64,000 bases of DNA from Macrostomum lignano (lineage: Eukaryota): positions 186,001 to 250,000 of the forward strand of contig NIVC01000974.1 of the NCBI GenBank assembly GCA_002269645.1. Reading direction: 5' to 3'. Made by a program: the position numbers and the translations under genes. The notes under the pieces are model-generated. The model saw nothing but the letters and a program-made list of their open reading frames with translations. It made no database searches and had not been told where the DNA came from. Numbering within the stretch: the first letter of the stretch is position 1; each line of letters begins with the position of its first letter. Positions 32,398-44,062 of the stretch are shown piece after piece.

Positions 32398-32919
32398 TTA
32401 CACGTTGCTTTCCCGGTCGACAATATTCTCTTCGAAAACCACCTTTCCGTCGGCCTCCTTGTTGTCAGTCTTCTTAACCTGAGGCCGCGCCGCCAGCTCC
32501 AGCTCTCTGGACTCAGACGGCTTGCAGGTGAGAAACGGTCGGCCCTCCAGTGCATCCTGAATGGCGTCGGCGATGCTCTTCGGGTCCGGATAGAAGCGCG
32601 TCTCCAGGCGCGAGTAGACCAGCTTGTGCTGCAGCCGGATCTCGAAGGACCTGTAGCGGCCGGCCAGCCCGGTGACCAGCAGCTGCTTGTGCCGGCCGTC
32701 TCCGGCCAGGCGCTGGTAGATCTCCTTGCGCAGCTGGAGAAACACGGCCCGGCCAATGTAGCGGTCGTACTCTACAGTGACAATTAGCAGCACTGGCCCG
32801 TTGCTCAGGTACTCCTGTCCGAGCGCTTGATCCGACTTCTCGCTGACTGGGCCAGGACCAGGGAGCTCCGGACCAATCACCAGCGACTCTGTAGTGCTCA
32901 TCCTATCCCTATTATACAT
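32398..32919 (-). CDS. Rdx-family (SelW/SelT/SelH/MIEN1-like) thioredoxin-fold protein lacking CxxC/CxxU; single exon
   Basis: IVTVEYDRYIG...GRYRSFEIRLQHKLVYSRLETRFYPDPKSIADAI aligns to VxVEYCxxCG...GxxGxFEIxxxGxLVFSKLxxGxFP. Confidence 0.8.
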   Translation of the reverse strand: MYNRDRMSTTESLVIGPELPGPGPVSEKSDQALGQEYLSNGPVLLIVTVEYDRYIGRAVFLQLRKEIYQRLAGDGRHKQLLVTGLAGRYRSFEIRLQHKLVYSRLETRFYPDPKSIADAIQDALEGRPFLTCKPSESRELELAARPQVKKTDNKEADGKVVFEENIVDRESNV

Positions 32920-33596
32920 TGCTACGCTTCTCAGCTGACCTACTGGGCATGTGTAAAGCTTATTTATTCACTTAGCTTAGCCTAGGGAAAGTGCATGAGA
33001 CATGACTTAGTCAGTCAGCATTTACTATTATTCGACCATAGACAATTGCCAGGCATTGTCAAGTACTTTTGTAACTTTGCTAAATCCCCTAGCTCAATAG
33101 GTTTGATTCCAAGCTGTTGAATACTCTTCTCTCTGTTTAAAAGACAATAAAATAAACAAGAATCGCCTGATACTAGGAGATTCCGAGCGACGCGAGGAGA
33201 TACTGTCTATTGCTCATCTCCTAGTATCAGGCGATTCTTTGTATGTAATCCACGGCATGTGCGACCTGAATATAAAGCCTTATCTCCGCCGGAGATACAT
33301 GTAATGAGTTAACTCCGCTATCGATGTCTATCCATCTCGTTGGTTTGTCTATGGTAGCAGAGTTACGCTACTGATTATCACCGCTCATTTAACACTGGGT
33401 GAATAGACGAGGCGCACAGGTAAATTGGATTACATAGAGAATTTTAAATCAAGCATTCTGGGATTTAATAGGATTATCAACTTCACTTCCCGTCCTAAGT
33501 GATTAAAAAGTCCTTGGCTTTTAATTATCAACTTACGAGTGATTGGCTTCTTTGTCTATGGCCGAGTGCAGTTTATTGGCAGTGGCTGCTTCTTCT

Positions 33597-33833
33597 TCAT
33601 AACGCCCCATGCACCGCAGGAGCGAGAGCCCGGGCCATCCTTAAGGAGGCGCTCGGTGTCGTTCCCGACCAGGCGCCGACCGTCTCCACGGGGCAACGAA
33701 ACAAGACGTGCTCGCTGTCGTCAGCTTCCCCACAGTCCAATAATTGCGGGGAGTCGGTCAGAGCCAGACGATGTCGAATGTCGGCACAGGTCGCCAACAG
33801 CTGTTGCTGCAGCGAATGGGGATGCTCCAACAC
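33597..33833 (-). mobile_element. Probable relic of a non-LTR retrotransposon ORF2 C-terminus (zinc knuckle)
   Basis: HRLALTDSPQLLDCGEADDSEHVLFRCP resembles HR.g..dsp.C.xCg..Et.eHvlfeCP of I/R1-group LINEs; no RT domain nearby. Confidence 0.4.
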
Positions 33834-34521
33834 TCACCAACATTGTCAACTCTCTAGTCACCAACACTCCGTGCCACAACTGCAGTCTACCATTAATAAA
33901 AGCTACGATATAGTTAATAGTTAAGCAGCTGCAGGATCCATGCAACCCCAACGAACATTTGACACGCTCTCAAGACTTAAAAAAGAAACTTCCTGCTGCA
34001 AAAATATTTCTCTCTGCCTCTGTATATTCTGATGGGTTTCGCGCTGCTGCTTTTAGCATAGGAGTCGAAATAATTCGCCAATTATGAAAATATATCGCAA
34101 ACTTGAAAATAAAAACCTTCCGTGCTTTGAGCAAAACTGGGCTGAAAAATTCACAGAACTTCTGGTAGCATTTTAGGTGGCCACCTTAGCGCATAAAAAA
34201 GGAAAAAATAGATCGCACGTTTCTTGGTACACTTTGCAGCAAAATCCTGGCTTATTTTGCCCAAAATTTAAATGATGATATTTTAAAATTTAAATTAGCG
34301 CCAAAAGTTTGTTTGTTTTAGTCAAAAAACTATTATTGAAATTTAAGCTCGCATTCTCTGTATTTTAATTTTTCTTGAACATAAACTTGAATTTAAACTG
34401 CATGGACTTTCATTTAAAACAATGAAACCTTTCTTTCTACCGTAATCTATTTTTGGCGCGAATTCAAAATTCAAGCGAAAGAAAAGCAAGCACGCATGCT
34501 ATATGTCAAATCGCTGGCCGC

Positions 34522-37239
34522 TCACTCCGCTCGGTCGGGCAGCTTGAGGCCGGCCGGGAAGCTGGCAAAGTCGGTCAGCAGCATGCGCACGATCTCGGCC
34601 AGGATGGCGTGAAAATTCACCAGAGCCGGCGCAGTCAGCTGGGGCACATTGTGCCGCATGAAGAACAGCCTCCGGCACAGCTCCTTCAGCTGGCAATGCA
34701 GGCTTTGAGTTGCTCGAAGCATCAAAGGCGTCACTTCTTCCAGCAGCATGCCGTGCGTGTGGCCCGCGCCTCTGTTAGTGAGGCGAGAGGTGCTCCTTCA
34801 TTTCATATACCTGAATCCTTCATTTCATATACCTGAATCCTTCATTTCATATACCTGAATCCTTCATTTCATATACCTGAATCCTTCATTTCATATACCT
34901 GAATCCTTCATTTCATATACCTGAATCCTTCATTTCATATACCTGAATCCTTCATTTCATATACCTGAATCCTTCATTTCATATACCTGAATCCTTCATT
35001 TCATATACCTGAATCCTTCATTTCATATACCTGAATCCTTCATTTCATATACCTGAATCCTTCATTTCATATACCTGAATCCTTCATTTCATATACCTGA
35101 ATCCTTCATTTCATATACCTGAATCCTTCATTTCATATACCTGAATCCTTCATTTCATATACCTGAATCCTTCATTTCATATACCTGAATCCTTCATTTC
35201 ATATACCTGAATCCTTCATTTCATATACCTGAATCCTTTATTTTATATACCTGAATCCTACATTTCATATACCTGAATCCTTCATTTCATATACCCGAAT
35301 TCTACATTGCTCACCTGAACCCTACATTTTTCATCGGAACTCTACATTTCTTACCCAACTTCAGACAAAGCATGAGCTTCTATGGAACCCGAAATCGCTA
35401 ACTTACAAGTGCTACTTAGTCAGTAGTCTATACTGAAAAATCTCCCCACAAAAACAAGAATTCTCATCCCAGCTCACAAATTCGGACAGAGCTGCGTCTG
35501 CACCGCATCGCACTCGTCCGTTTTCGGCTCGCACCACTTGATCTTCCGGCCGCCGCCGCCGCCGCCAGCAGCGGGAGCACCGGTCCGCAGGTGCCGCCGG
35601 CCTCGCCGACGCTGGCCGCCGGTTTTGGCCAACAGGCGCCGGAAGGTGTCCGTCTTCAGCGAGGCGTACGGATTGTCGCCCTGGCAGCCCCTGCGCCCGG
35701 TGGCCCGCAGCCGCTCTGCCTGTTTGGCCGTGGCGTCAGCGCAGGCCGACATCAGGTTGGCCGCCTTAGCCGCCGCCGCAGCCGGTTTTTTATGCCGGAC
35801 CGCCGGCCGGGCTTTCGGCTTGGCCGCATAGATGGCGGCGCTGCCGCAGGCGTCCTTCTTGGAGCAGCGGCCGCCGCTGCCCGGAGTGCTGTTGTTCTCG
35901 CTCTTGTTCAGCTGCCGCAGCTTCGTCGGCGCCGACTGCTGGCTGCTGCAAAAGTTTTATGCAGAAGGACGGGAGACTTGGTTTCTTAGAAAATCTTTTG
36001 AAGGCTGGCTTGCTAAAAGATGAATTTTCTGTCCTATTTAAGTAGTTCTTGTGCAAATCTTGATTTTGGTTCAACTTCAGCTTGACTTCAGCTTAAATTC
36101 AGCTTGGCTTCAGCTGGACTTCAGCTTGGCTTCAGTTTGACTTCAGCTTGACTTCAGCTTGACTTCAGCTTGACTTCAGCTTGACTTCAGCTTGACTTCA
36201 GCTTGACTTCAGCTTGACTTCAGCTTAAATTCAGCTTAACTTCAGCTTAACTTCAGCTTAACTTCAGCTTAACTTCAGCTTAACTTCAGCTTGACTTCAG
36301 CTTGACTTTTAGCTTAAATTCAGCTTGACTTCAGCTTGACTTCAGCTTAACTTCAGCTTAACTTCAGCTTAACTTCAGCTTGACTTTTAGCTTAAATTCA
36401 GCTTGACTTCAGCTTGACTTCAGCTTAACTTCAGCTTAACTTCAGCTTGACTTTTAGCTTAAATTCAGCTTGACTTCAGCTTGACTTCAGCTTGGCTTCA
36501 GTTTGACTTCAGCTTGACTTCAGCTTGACTTCAGCTTGACTTCAGCTTGGCTTCAGCTGGACTTCAGCTTGGCTTCAGTTTGACTTCAGCTTGACTTCAG
36601 CTTGACTTCAGCTTGACTTCAGCTTGACTTCAGCTTGACTTCAGCTTGACTTCAGCTTGACTTCAGCTTGACTTCAGCTTGACTTCAGCTTGACTTCAGC
36701 TTGACTTCAGCGTAATTTCAGCTTGATTTCAGCTTGACTTCAGCTTGACTTCAGCTTGACTTCAGCCTAATTTCAGCTTGATTTCAGCTTGACTTCAGCT
36801 TGACTTCAGCCTAATTTCAGCTTGATTTCAGCTTGACTTCAGCTTGACTTTTAGCTTAAATTCACCTTGACTGCGGCTTGACTTCATCTCCAGGGCAACT
36901 CAGATTTGCTCGGAGAAAAGACAACATTCATAGTGGAATTTTAAAAGCACCACCTGCTTCTATTGCAAACGCTCGTATTTGAACTGATTTATAGAGACCG
37001 ACTCACAAGCAGCTGCCAGCCATGCCAGTGAGAGTGGACGAGCCGCCATAGAGTCTGCTGCTGCTGCTGCTGCTCTGTCTGCTGACTGTCCGGCCAACCT
37101 CTCTGATCTTCCGTTGGACTTGCTTTCTGTCGGAGTGTTTGGGAAAATAGCAGTTGGCATTCACTTTGGCGTGACTTCTGTATTGGTGAATGATTCATCT
37201 TGAGACTTACCCATGCGCCTGCGACACGCTATGACCCAT
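34522..37239 (-). CDS. Uncharacterised 4-exon gene; exons 37239-37211, 37177-37007, 35945-35478, 34771-34522 (305 aa, starts MGHSVS)
   Basis: Donors GTAAGT, GTGAGT, GTGAGC with CAG acceptors, all phase 2; 918 nt open frame; GC3-rich. No family recognised. Intron 1 is only 33 nt. Confidence 0.65.
34795..35300. repeat. 22-bp tandem array (ccttcatttcatatacctgaat) in intron 3
   Basis: Period 22 (34801 vs 34823). Confidence 0.96.
36075..36885. repeat. 11-bp tandem array (cttcagcttga) in intron 2
   Basis: Seen directly. Confidence 0.96.
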
Positions 37240-37725
37240 TGTAGAAATCTTAGCCATACTATAAAAATGTTTTAGATATCTATGACCCATTTTAGACATC
37301 TATGGCCCATTTTAGATATCTATGACCCATTTTAGACATCTATGGCCCATTTTAGATATCTATGACCCATTTTAGATATCTATGACCCATTTTAGATAGC
37401 TATGACCCATTTTAGATGTATATGATCCACTGTAGATATTTATGACCCATTGTAGATATCTATGACCCATTGTAGACATCTATGACCTATTTTAGATATC
37501 TGTGACCTATTTTAAATATATGACCCATTGTAGACATCTATGACCCATTGTAGACATCTATAACCCATTGTAGATATCTATGACCCATTGTAGACATCTA
37601 TGACCCATTGTATACATCTATGACCCATTGTAGACATCTATAACCCATTGTAGATATCTATGACCCATTGTAGACATGTAGACATCTATGACCCATTGTA
37701 GATATCTACGACCAACTGTCGATGT
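37228..37725. repeat. 20-bp tandem array (gatatctatgacccattgta)
   Basis: Seen directly; its leftmost partial unit overlaps the predicted ATG at 37239. Confidence 0.93.
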
Positions 37726-38224
37726 CTATGACTCATAATAGATGACTCACTTCTGTATTTACCTATACTATTCACTTTTGACAATTGCCAACCGCAGAAG
37801 TGCTTAAAAGTGACAGCAATCAAAACATGGTACTTTTTTAGTTCTCACATATAATATGGCGATGAGTTCTGTGCACCAGAATCGCTGGAATAATTGGAAT
37901 TATTTGTTCGACTAGTGCTGCTGCTTCTGCTTCTGCTGCTGCTGCTGTTGCTGCATTCAGGGGTTAGCGAGCTACGGGTCATGTTGCTGGCACTGCTAGC
38001 CTGGGACTTCTTCATTTTTAGTGTTGTCGTGCCTGATACGCTAATTTATTGAGCAATTTAGAGACTAGTTTTGTCGCTTTAATTAGAACCGGTTTATTCG
38101 GGTGCATTTTTATCTTGTCTATGGCAGAATAGCTGTGAAAAACTCATGGCAACCGTATAATGTATTCATGCGGCGTCTTGTACTTACGAGTATTGGCGAT
38201 ATTAGCCCATGGATGAATGCAAGC

Positions 38225-38793
38225 TCTCTCCCTCTCTCTGGTGATGAAGGGAGGCTGGGCTGTCACCCTGTCTCTCTCTCTCTCTCTCTCTCTGGTGATG
38301 AAGGGAGGCTGGGCTGTCACCCTGTCTCTCTCTCTCTCTCTCTCTCTGGTGATGAAGGGAGGCTGGGCTGTCACCCTGTCTCTCTCTCTCTGGTGATGAA
38401 GGGAGGCTGGGCTGTCACCCTGTCTCTCTCTCTCTGGTGATGAAGGGAGGCTGGGCTGTCACCCTGTCTCTCTCTCTCTCTCTCTCTCTCTGGTGATGAA
38501 GGGAGGCTGGGCTGTCACCCTGTCTCTCTCTCTCTCTCTCTCTCTCTGGTGATGAAGGGAGGCTGGGCTGTCACCCTGTCTCTCTCTCTCTCTCCCTCTC
38601 TCTGGTGATGAAGGGAGGCTGGGCTGTCACCCTGTCTCTCTCTCTCTCTCTCTCTGGTGATGAAGGGAGGCTGGGCTGTCACCCTGTCTCTCTCTCTCTC
38701 TCCCTCTCTCTGGTGATGAAGGGAGGCTGGGCTGTCACCCTGTCTCTCTCTCTCTCTCCCTCTCTCTGGTGATGAAGGGAGGCTGGGCTGTCA

Positions 38794-38830
<37 letters not shown>

Positions 38831-39163
38831 GATGAAGGGAGGCTGGGCTGTCACCCTGTCTCTCTCTCTCTCTCTCTCTGGTGATGAAGGGAGGCTGGGC
38901 TGTCACCCTGTCTCTCTCTCTCTCTCTGGTGATGAAGGGAGGCTGGGCTGTCACCCTGTCTCTCTCTCTCTCTCTGGTGATGAAGGGAGGCTGGGCTGTC
39001 ACCCTGTCTCTCTCTCTCTCTCCCTCTCTCTGGTGATGAAGGGAGGCTGGGCTGTCACCCTGTCTCTCTCTCTCTCTCTCTCTGGTGATGAAGGGAGGCT
39101 GGGCTGTCACCCTGTCTCTCTCTCTCTCCCTCTCTCTGGTGATGAAGGGAGGCTGGGCTGTCA

Positions 39164-39195
<32 letters not shown>

Positions 39196-39221
39196 GGTGA
39201 TGAAGGGAGGCTGGGCTGTCA

Positions 39222-39260
<39 letters not shown>

Positions 39261-39283
39261 GATGAAGGGAGGCTGGGCTGTCA

Positions 39284-39320
<37 letters not shown>

Positions 39321-39780
39321 GATGAAGGGAGGCTGGGCTGTCACCCTGTCTCTCTCTCTCTCTCCCTCTCTCTGGTGATGAAGGGAGGCTGGGCTGTCAC
39401 CCTGTCTCTCTCTCTCTCTCTCTCTCTCTGGTGATGAAGGGAGGCTGGGCTGTCACCCTGTCTCTCTCTCTCTCTCTCTCTCTCTGGTGATGAAGGGAGG
39501 CTGGGCTGTCACCCTGTCTCTCTCTCTCTCTCTGGTGATGAAGGGAGGCTGGGCTGTCACCCTGTCTCTCTCTCTCTCTCTGGTGATGAAGGGAGGCTGG
39601 GCTGTCACCCTGTCTCTCTCTCTCTCTGGTGATGAAGGGAGGCTGGGCTGTCACCCTGTCTCTATCTCTCTGGTGATGAAGGGAGGCTGGGCTGTCACCC
39701 TGTCTCTATCTCTCTGGTGATGAAGGGAGGCTGGGCTGTCACCCTGTCTCTCTCTCTCTGATGATGAAGGGAGGCTGGGC
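38225..39780. repeat. Compound array: constant ggtgatgaagggaggctgggctgtcaccctgt plus variable-length (CT)n, about 30 units
   Basis: Invariant core; only the CT run length changes. Confidence 0.96.
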
Positions 39781-40616
39781 TCATTATCAGCATTATTTTT
39801 TAATCAAAAAATTAAGCCAAGAGAAAAGACTTATTTTTTATCGAACAAAACAAAAATCAATGGAAATATACTATTTAGCAGTGCAAATTCTCATGTTGCT
39901 ACTGCATTAACTAGTAGTATATATTTGCACGCGAACCATTGGATGATACAGATGAATACTATATACAAATTGTATAACAATGAGACAAAATCGCATAGAC
40001 ACCCATTAAATATACGAGGCGAGGACATTACAACTGAATCAGACTGACAGCCTGGCCAGGGAAAGTGTGATATTAATGCAGAAGCGATTAACTGTAACGA
40101 GATTAATTTGCTGCTCCTTAGTTTCACAACAAGCTGATTCCGCAGTGTGCTGTGAAATGCGCAAATCAAAGCAGCTGCAGAAATCAGTGGAGGACAGTGT
40201 TAACTCTCTGACAAACAAATATTGCACTGCATGGCCGTGGAATTCATGAATGCCTGAATTGCTAGAATATATGCTGTAATAAAAACACATTTTGATGAGG
40301 ATAATTCTCTTCGAGAACTCGCTGTCGGACGCAGCCGGTTGCTCTGAGGGAGCAGAGGGCCTCGCTGTAAACAGCTTTGAACGCTGCGGTGGGGCCAGAA
40401 GCAGAAATTGGAATGCAATTTTGACAGAACTCCCTAACAGCATGTTTATAATTTGTTAATAATTAGGTGCTCTGATTGCTGGGAAAAACTATTTTAGCGC
40501 TACTAAATTGCCAGGATATACTGCCTGTCCTTTGTAGTTTCAAACACGAGTAGCATCTGGGAACGCGCGGCTGGGTTCAACGGGTGCGGAGTCCGGTGGA
40601 GGCGGGACAGGGGCAG

Positions 40617-41723
40617 TCAGGGTGAGGCGCCGCCGCCGCCGCCGCAGCAGCCGGCTCCGCGATGCTTCGCCAGCAGTCCCATCCGGCTGAAGGTCTTGCC
40701 GCAGGCTTGGCATCGGTACTTCTTCACCTCCGAGTGCGTCTGCATGTGCGCCCGCAGGTTGGACCGGTCGGCGAAGGCCCGCTGGCACACCTGGCACTGG
40801 AACGGTTTCTCCCCCGTGTGCGTCCGCAGGTGGCCGTTGAGCAGCCACATCCGGCTGAAGGCCTTGCCGCACACCCGGCACTGGCACGGCAGGGTGTGAG
40901 TCCTGATGTGCATCTTCAGCGCGCTCAGGCTGCAGTACTCCTTGTGGCAGCGGGTGCAGCTGAATCGGCGAGCCTCGCCGCCGCAGCTGCCGGACTCCAG
41001 GTGCTTCAGCAGGCCGGACGGCGTGGTGTACACCCGGCCGCAGCGGTCGCAAGACAGACCGGACGGCCTCTTGGCCGGCTGCAGGTCAGCGGCCGGGGTT
41101 GGCGGCAGCGAGGCCTGCGGGGACGCCGAAGGAGGCGGCAGGCGGTCGGCCGAGCCGTCAGCGGAGGCGTCGGATGAGCCGAGCGGCGACGAACGGCAAG
41201 ACGACGGGACGATGAGTCGCGGCGGCTGCGGAGGCGGCGGCGGCGGCGGCGGCGGCAACGGAGGAACCGACAGGTGCTGCAGCTGCGGCAGCGACAGCTG
41301 CGAGCTGCCCAGCGCCACGCCTGTCGGCAGCCGGTGAGGGCCCGGGGGCCAACACAGCGGAGGCGGCAGCGGCAGTGGCGGCAAAGTCGATGAGCAGCTG
41401 CCGCCGTCGCTGCCGCCGCCACCGCCACCGACACGATGGCCAGCAGTCTTAGCCAGCTCCTGGGCCTTCGCCATGACGCGCATCTGGAAATCAGCGAACA
41501 GTCCAGGATAGGCGCAGATGTTCTCCAGCGTTGGCTTCATCTCGTCAGGGCGCCAGGCAAACAGCGGCACCAGCGGCAGATGCTGGAGATGCTGGTGCGG
41601 AAGCTGATGATGGCGAGGCAGGCAGCCCGAGGCGGCAGCGGCCGCGGCTGCTGCGGCGGCTGCAGCGAACACGGAATGTGCAGGCGGAAGCTGCTGTGGC
41701 TGTTGTTGCATCTTGCTGCACAA
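40617..41723 (-). CDS. snail: Snail-family zinc-finger transcription factor (5 fingers; true start uncertain)
   Basis: [50 protein letters not shown]...[21 protein letters not shown]...[11 protein letters not shown] is diagnostic for Snail/Slug. Confidence 0.95.
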   Translation of the reverse strand: MCSKMQQQPQQLPPAHSVFAAAAAAAAAAAASGCLPRHHQLPHQHLQHLPLVPLFAWRPDEMKPTLENICAYPGLFADFQMRVMAKAQELAKTAGHRVGGGGGGSDGGSCSSTLPPLPLPPPLCWPPGPHRLPTGVALGSSQLSLPQLQHLSVPPLPPPPPPPPPQPPRLIVPSSCRSSPLGSSDASADGSADRLPPPSASPQASLPPTPAADLQPAKRPSGLSCDRCGRVYTTPSGLLKHLESGSCGGEARRFSCTRCHKEYCSLSALKMHIRTHTLPCQCRVCGKAFSRMWLLNGHLRTHTGEKPFQCQVCQRAFADRSNLRAHMQTHSEVKKYRCQACGKTFSRMGLLAKHRGAGCCGGGGGASP

Positions 41724-41939
41724 TTAACCTGGGAAATGCATGCAGGTGCAGCGGTCATAATGCTTGCAGACTTTGAGCAAAGATTTTGTTCAATTTCAAA
41801 CAGCAACTGCAGAATGCCGAGTTCAACAGACTTTCCAGCCGTTTAATGCAATGCTCTATGGTAATAATTGGTCTTAATAGGATTGTAGCAGTACGAATAC
41901 ACGTCTGCAGCATTGGTGGCTGGTTGGCGCAAGTTGAGG

Positions 41940-42125
41940 CGCCATCGGGGGGCGCGCCAGCGGGTAGCAAACGGGGCGCCATCGGGGGGCGCCATCGGGG
42001 GGCGCCATCGGGGGGCGCCATCGGGGGGTGTGCCATCGGGGGCGCCATCGGGGGGCGCCATCAGGGGGTGTGCCATCGGGGGGGCGCCATCGGGGGCATC
42101 GGGGGGCGCATAGGGGGGTCCATCA
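41940..42125. repeat. G-rich 13-bp repeat (gggggcgccatcg)
   Basis: About 12 units; G runs allow a G-quadruplex in principle. Confidence 0.88.
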
Positions 42126-44062
42126 GGTGGCAAACAAACAATAATCAAGCAGCAAACTTGCTCAGGAAAAGAGCCATATAACAATGACTAATCAAATGCG
42201 CCTGCAACCTGTTGAGGCAAATCTCAATTCTTAGAATGTGTAAATTCCCCAGCAAATGCTTGTATGGCTTAGCCCACGTGTATACACAAATATGAGCCAA
42301 TGGTTTGATACCAGAAATTATGTATGTTTGGCCCAATACTAAAGTCCCTACACGTTGCCCAACAAAATCATTCCTTGATTCCCCGTGGCGATGGCCCCGA
42401 GCACCTGATGGTTGTTAATTCCCATGGTATATGTTTAGCGATCAACTGGTAGTTCGGCCTTATGCATGGGACATACAGGAATTTAACAATAAATTGTGAG
42501 CGTAGAATGAGTATTAAGTTTTGTTTCTGAGATGTGTAAAGACTGCAGACTATATACAAGAGCCCCACGTGCCTTCGAACTTTTTTGGAGTTCGAATTAT
42601 TAGAATTTTGATGGCCGACTCCATGCGACCGCGCGAGTGTTTAAACTTTTTTTCAGAAACTTTACACGCGGAGCAGAGTAAATCCCCGCAATCCAGATGG
42701 CTCTATCCTGTTGCTACGCTCAAAAATCTAATAATATTAATAATAATTATTATTCTCAATTTCCCGTTTCTTTGAATGTCTCGGATTTTTTCAGGGCGAC
42801 TGGCGGGTGGCTGCGCGGTGCTAGAAACAATAGGGACATTGAAACAACAACCGTAATCTTCCCCCTGTTGCTTTTTTATTCAATAATTTGCCTCGCTTTC
42901 TCTCCTTTGTTTCAACCTTCTGCTCCCTCTCGAATAAAAAAGCATCCCTAGGCTCTAGCAATTTTATTTTTATATTTTATTGAATGCGTAAAATTACTGG
43001 TTAAACTCTCCAAGTCTATGCAGCCTCTGAGCCTCATCAGATGAGGCGCCTGAGGCTGCAGTTTTTAGGCAATCGACAAGAAGTGGCCAGAAGAAGGGGC
43101 CACTTTAAAAAACCCTACTAGACACAAATAAGCTCTTCCTTCTTACCTGATTTCACCACACTTTTGACGCAGTTGCGGGGCAGTATTGCGCTTGCGAAAC
43201 TTCCGCGTTAGTTGCTAGGCTATAGGCGGTGCTGCTTGTCCAGAGAATAATTTTAAGTAGCCAAAGGTGTCTAGGATTCTCTCTCAGTTTGTCTTTAAAA
43301 GGGTTTTTAAGGCCGAGGTCTATTAAAGCTTAAAAATGTAGGGGGTGGCAAAATTGGCGGCCGGGCACCCCCCCCCCCGGCAGCCAGTTCTGCCCCAGCC
43401 AATGGCGTGACAGGCAGCTCCGCTCCATTGGCTGAGACCAACCTGGCTCGGGCTGAGAACTGTAGCCACGAACTTCCCACGCAAATCCATTGCACAGCGC
43501 CCGACCGTCTCCGGGGCTCAATAATGACTTTTCCCACGGGAGAAAATGCAATGCGATATGGGAGACAGGCAAGGGGAGACGGCAGCGGCCATCTGATTAA
43601 CAGTGTCAGGTGGCACTCAAGGATAGCCAGTAGCAGCAATGTTTGTCCACTATGCGCCCGAGCAGCTGCCACCGCTTTGAAGGGTCTGGCTGATGGCATG
43701 TGCTCTGTGCTGTTGTTGTTGAAACACACTGCCGCGTAAGAGCGAATACACTGACTGCCGCGGTCCGAATGCCCGTTGTTGATGCTGATGAGCTGTCAAG
43801 CCTGTTGCTAGGGGGGTTTCCTACAAGTTTTCTTTTCCTGCTTCAGCTGGGCGCTGGCATTGAAGAAGGGCGAATGACGGGGAAGCAGCAGCTGCCGCAT
43901 CCCCTTCATCTCCATTCTTTCAAGTTTCACGATGCCATTTGGTGCGTGCGATATGCCACTGAGGCAAAACACAAGTTGTAGCGCTTCTAATGGGCAAGTA
44001 AGCATAATATTGCCCCCTGCTGGGAATTATGAAAATTGCTGAAAGTAAGTGCTGGAGTGATG

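Noticed and set aside
32398-32919. Selenoprotein (UGA recoding)
   Set aside because: No in-frame TGA at the motif; codons are GAC CGC TAC ATT.
38225-39780. CRISPR-like repeat-spacer look (also considered for the 46-, 28- and 52-bp arrays)
   Set aside because: Spacers are only (CT)n or absent, there are no cas genes, and the context is eukaryotic.
43019-43066. GC-rich hairpin followed by a T run, resembling an intrinsic terminator
   Set aside because: Eukaryotic context and no gene ending there; short palindromes are common in this window.
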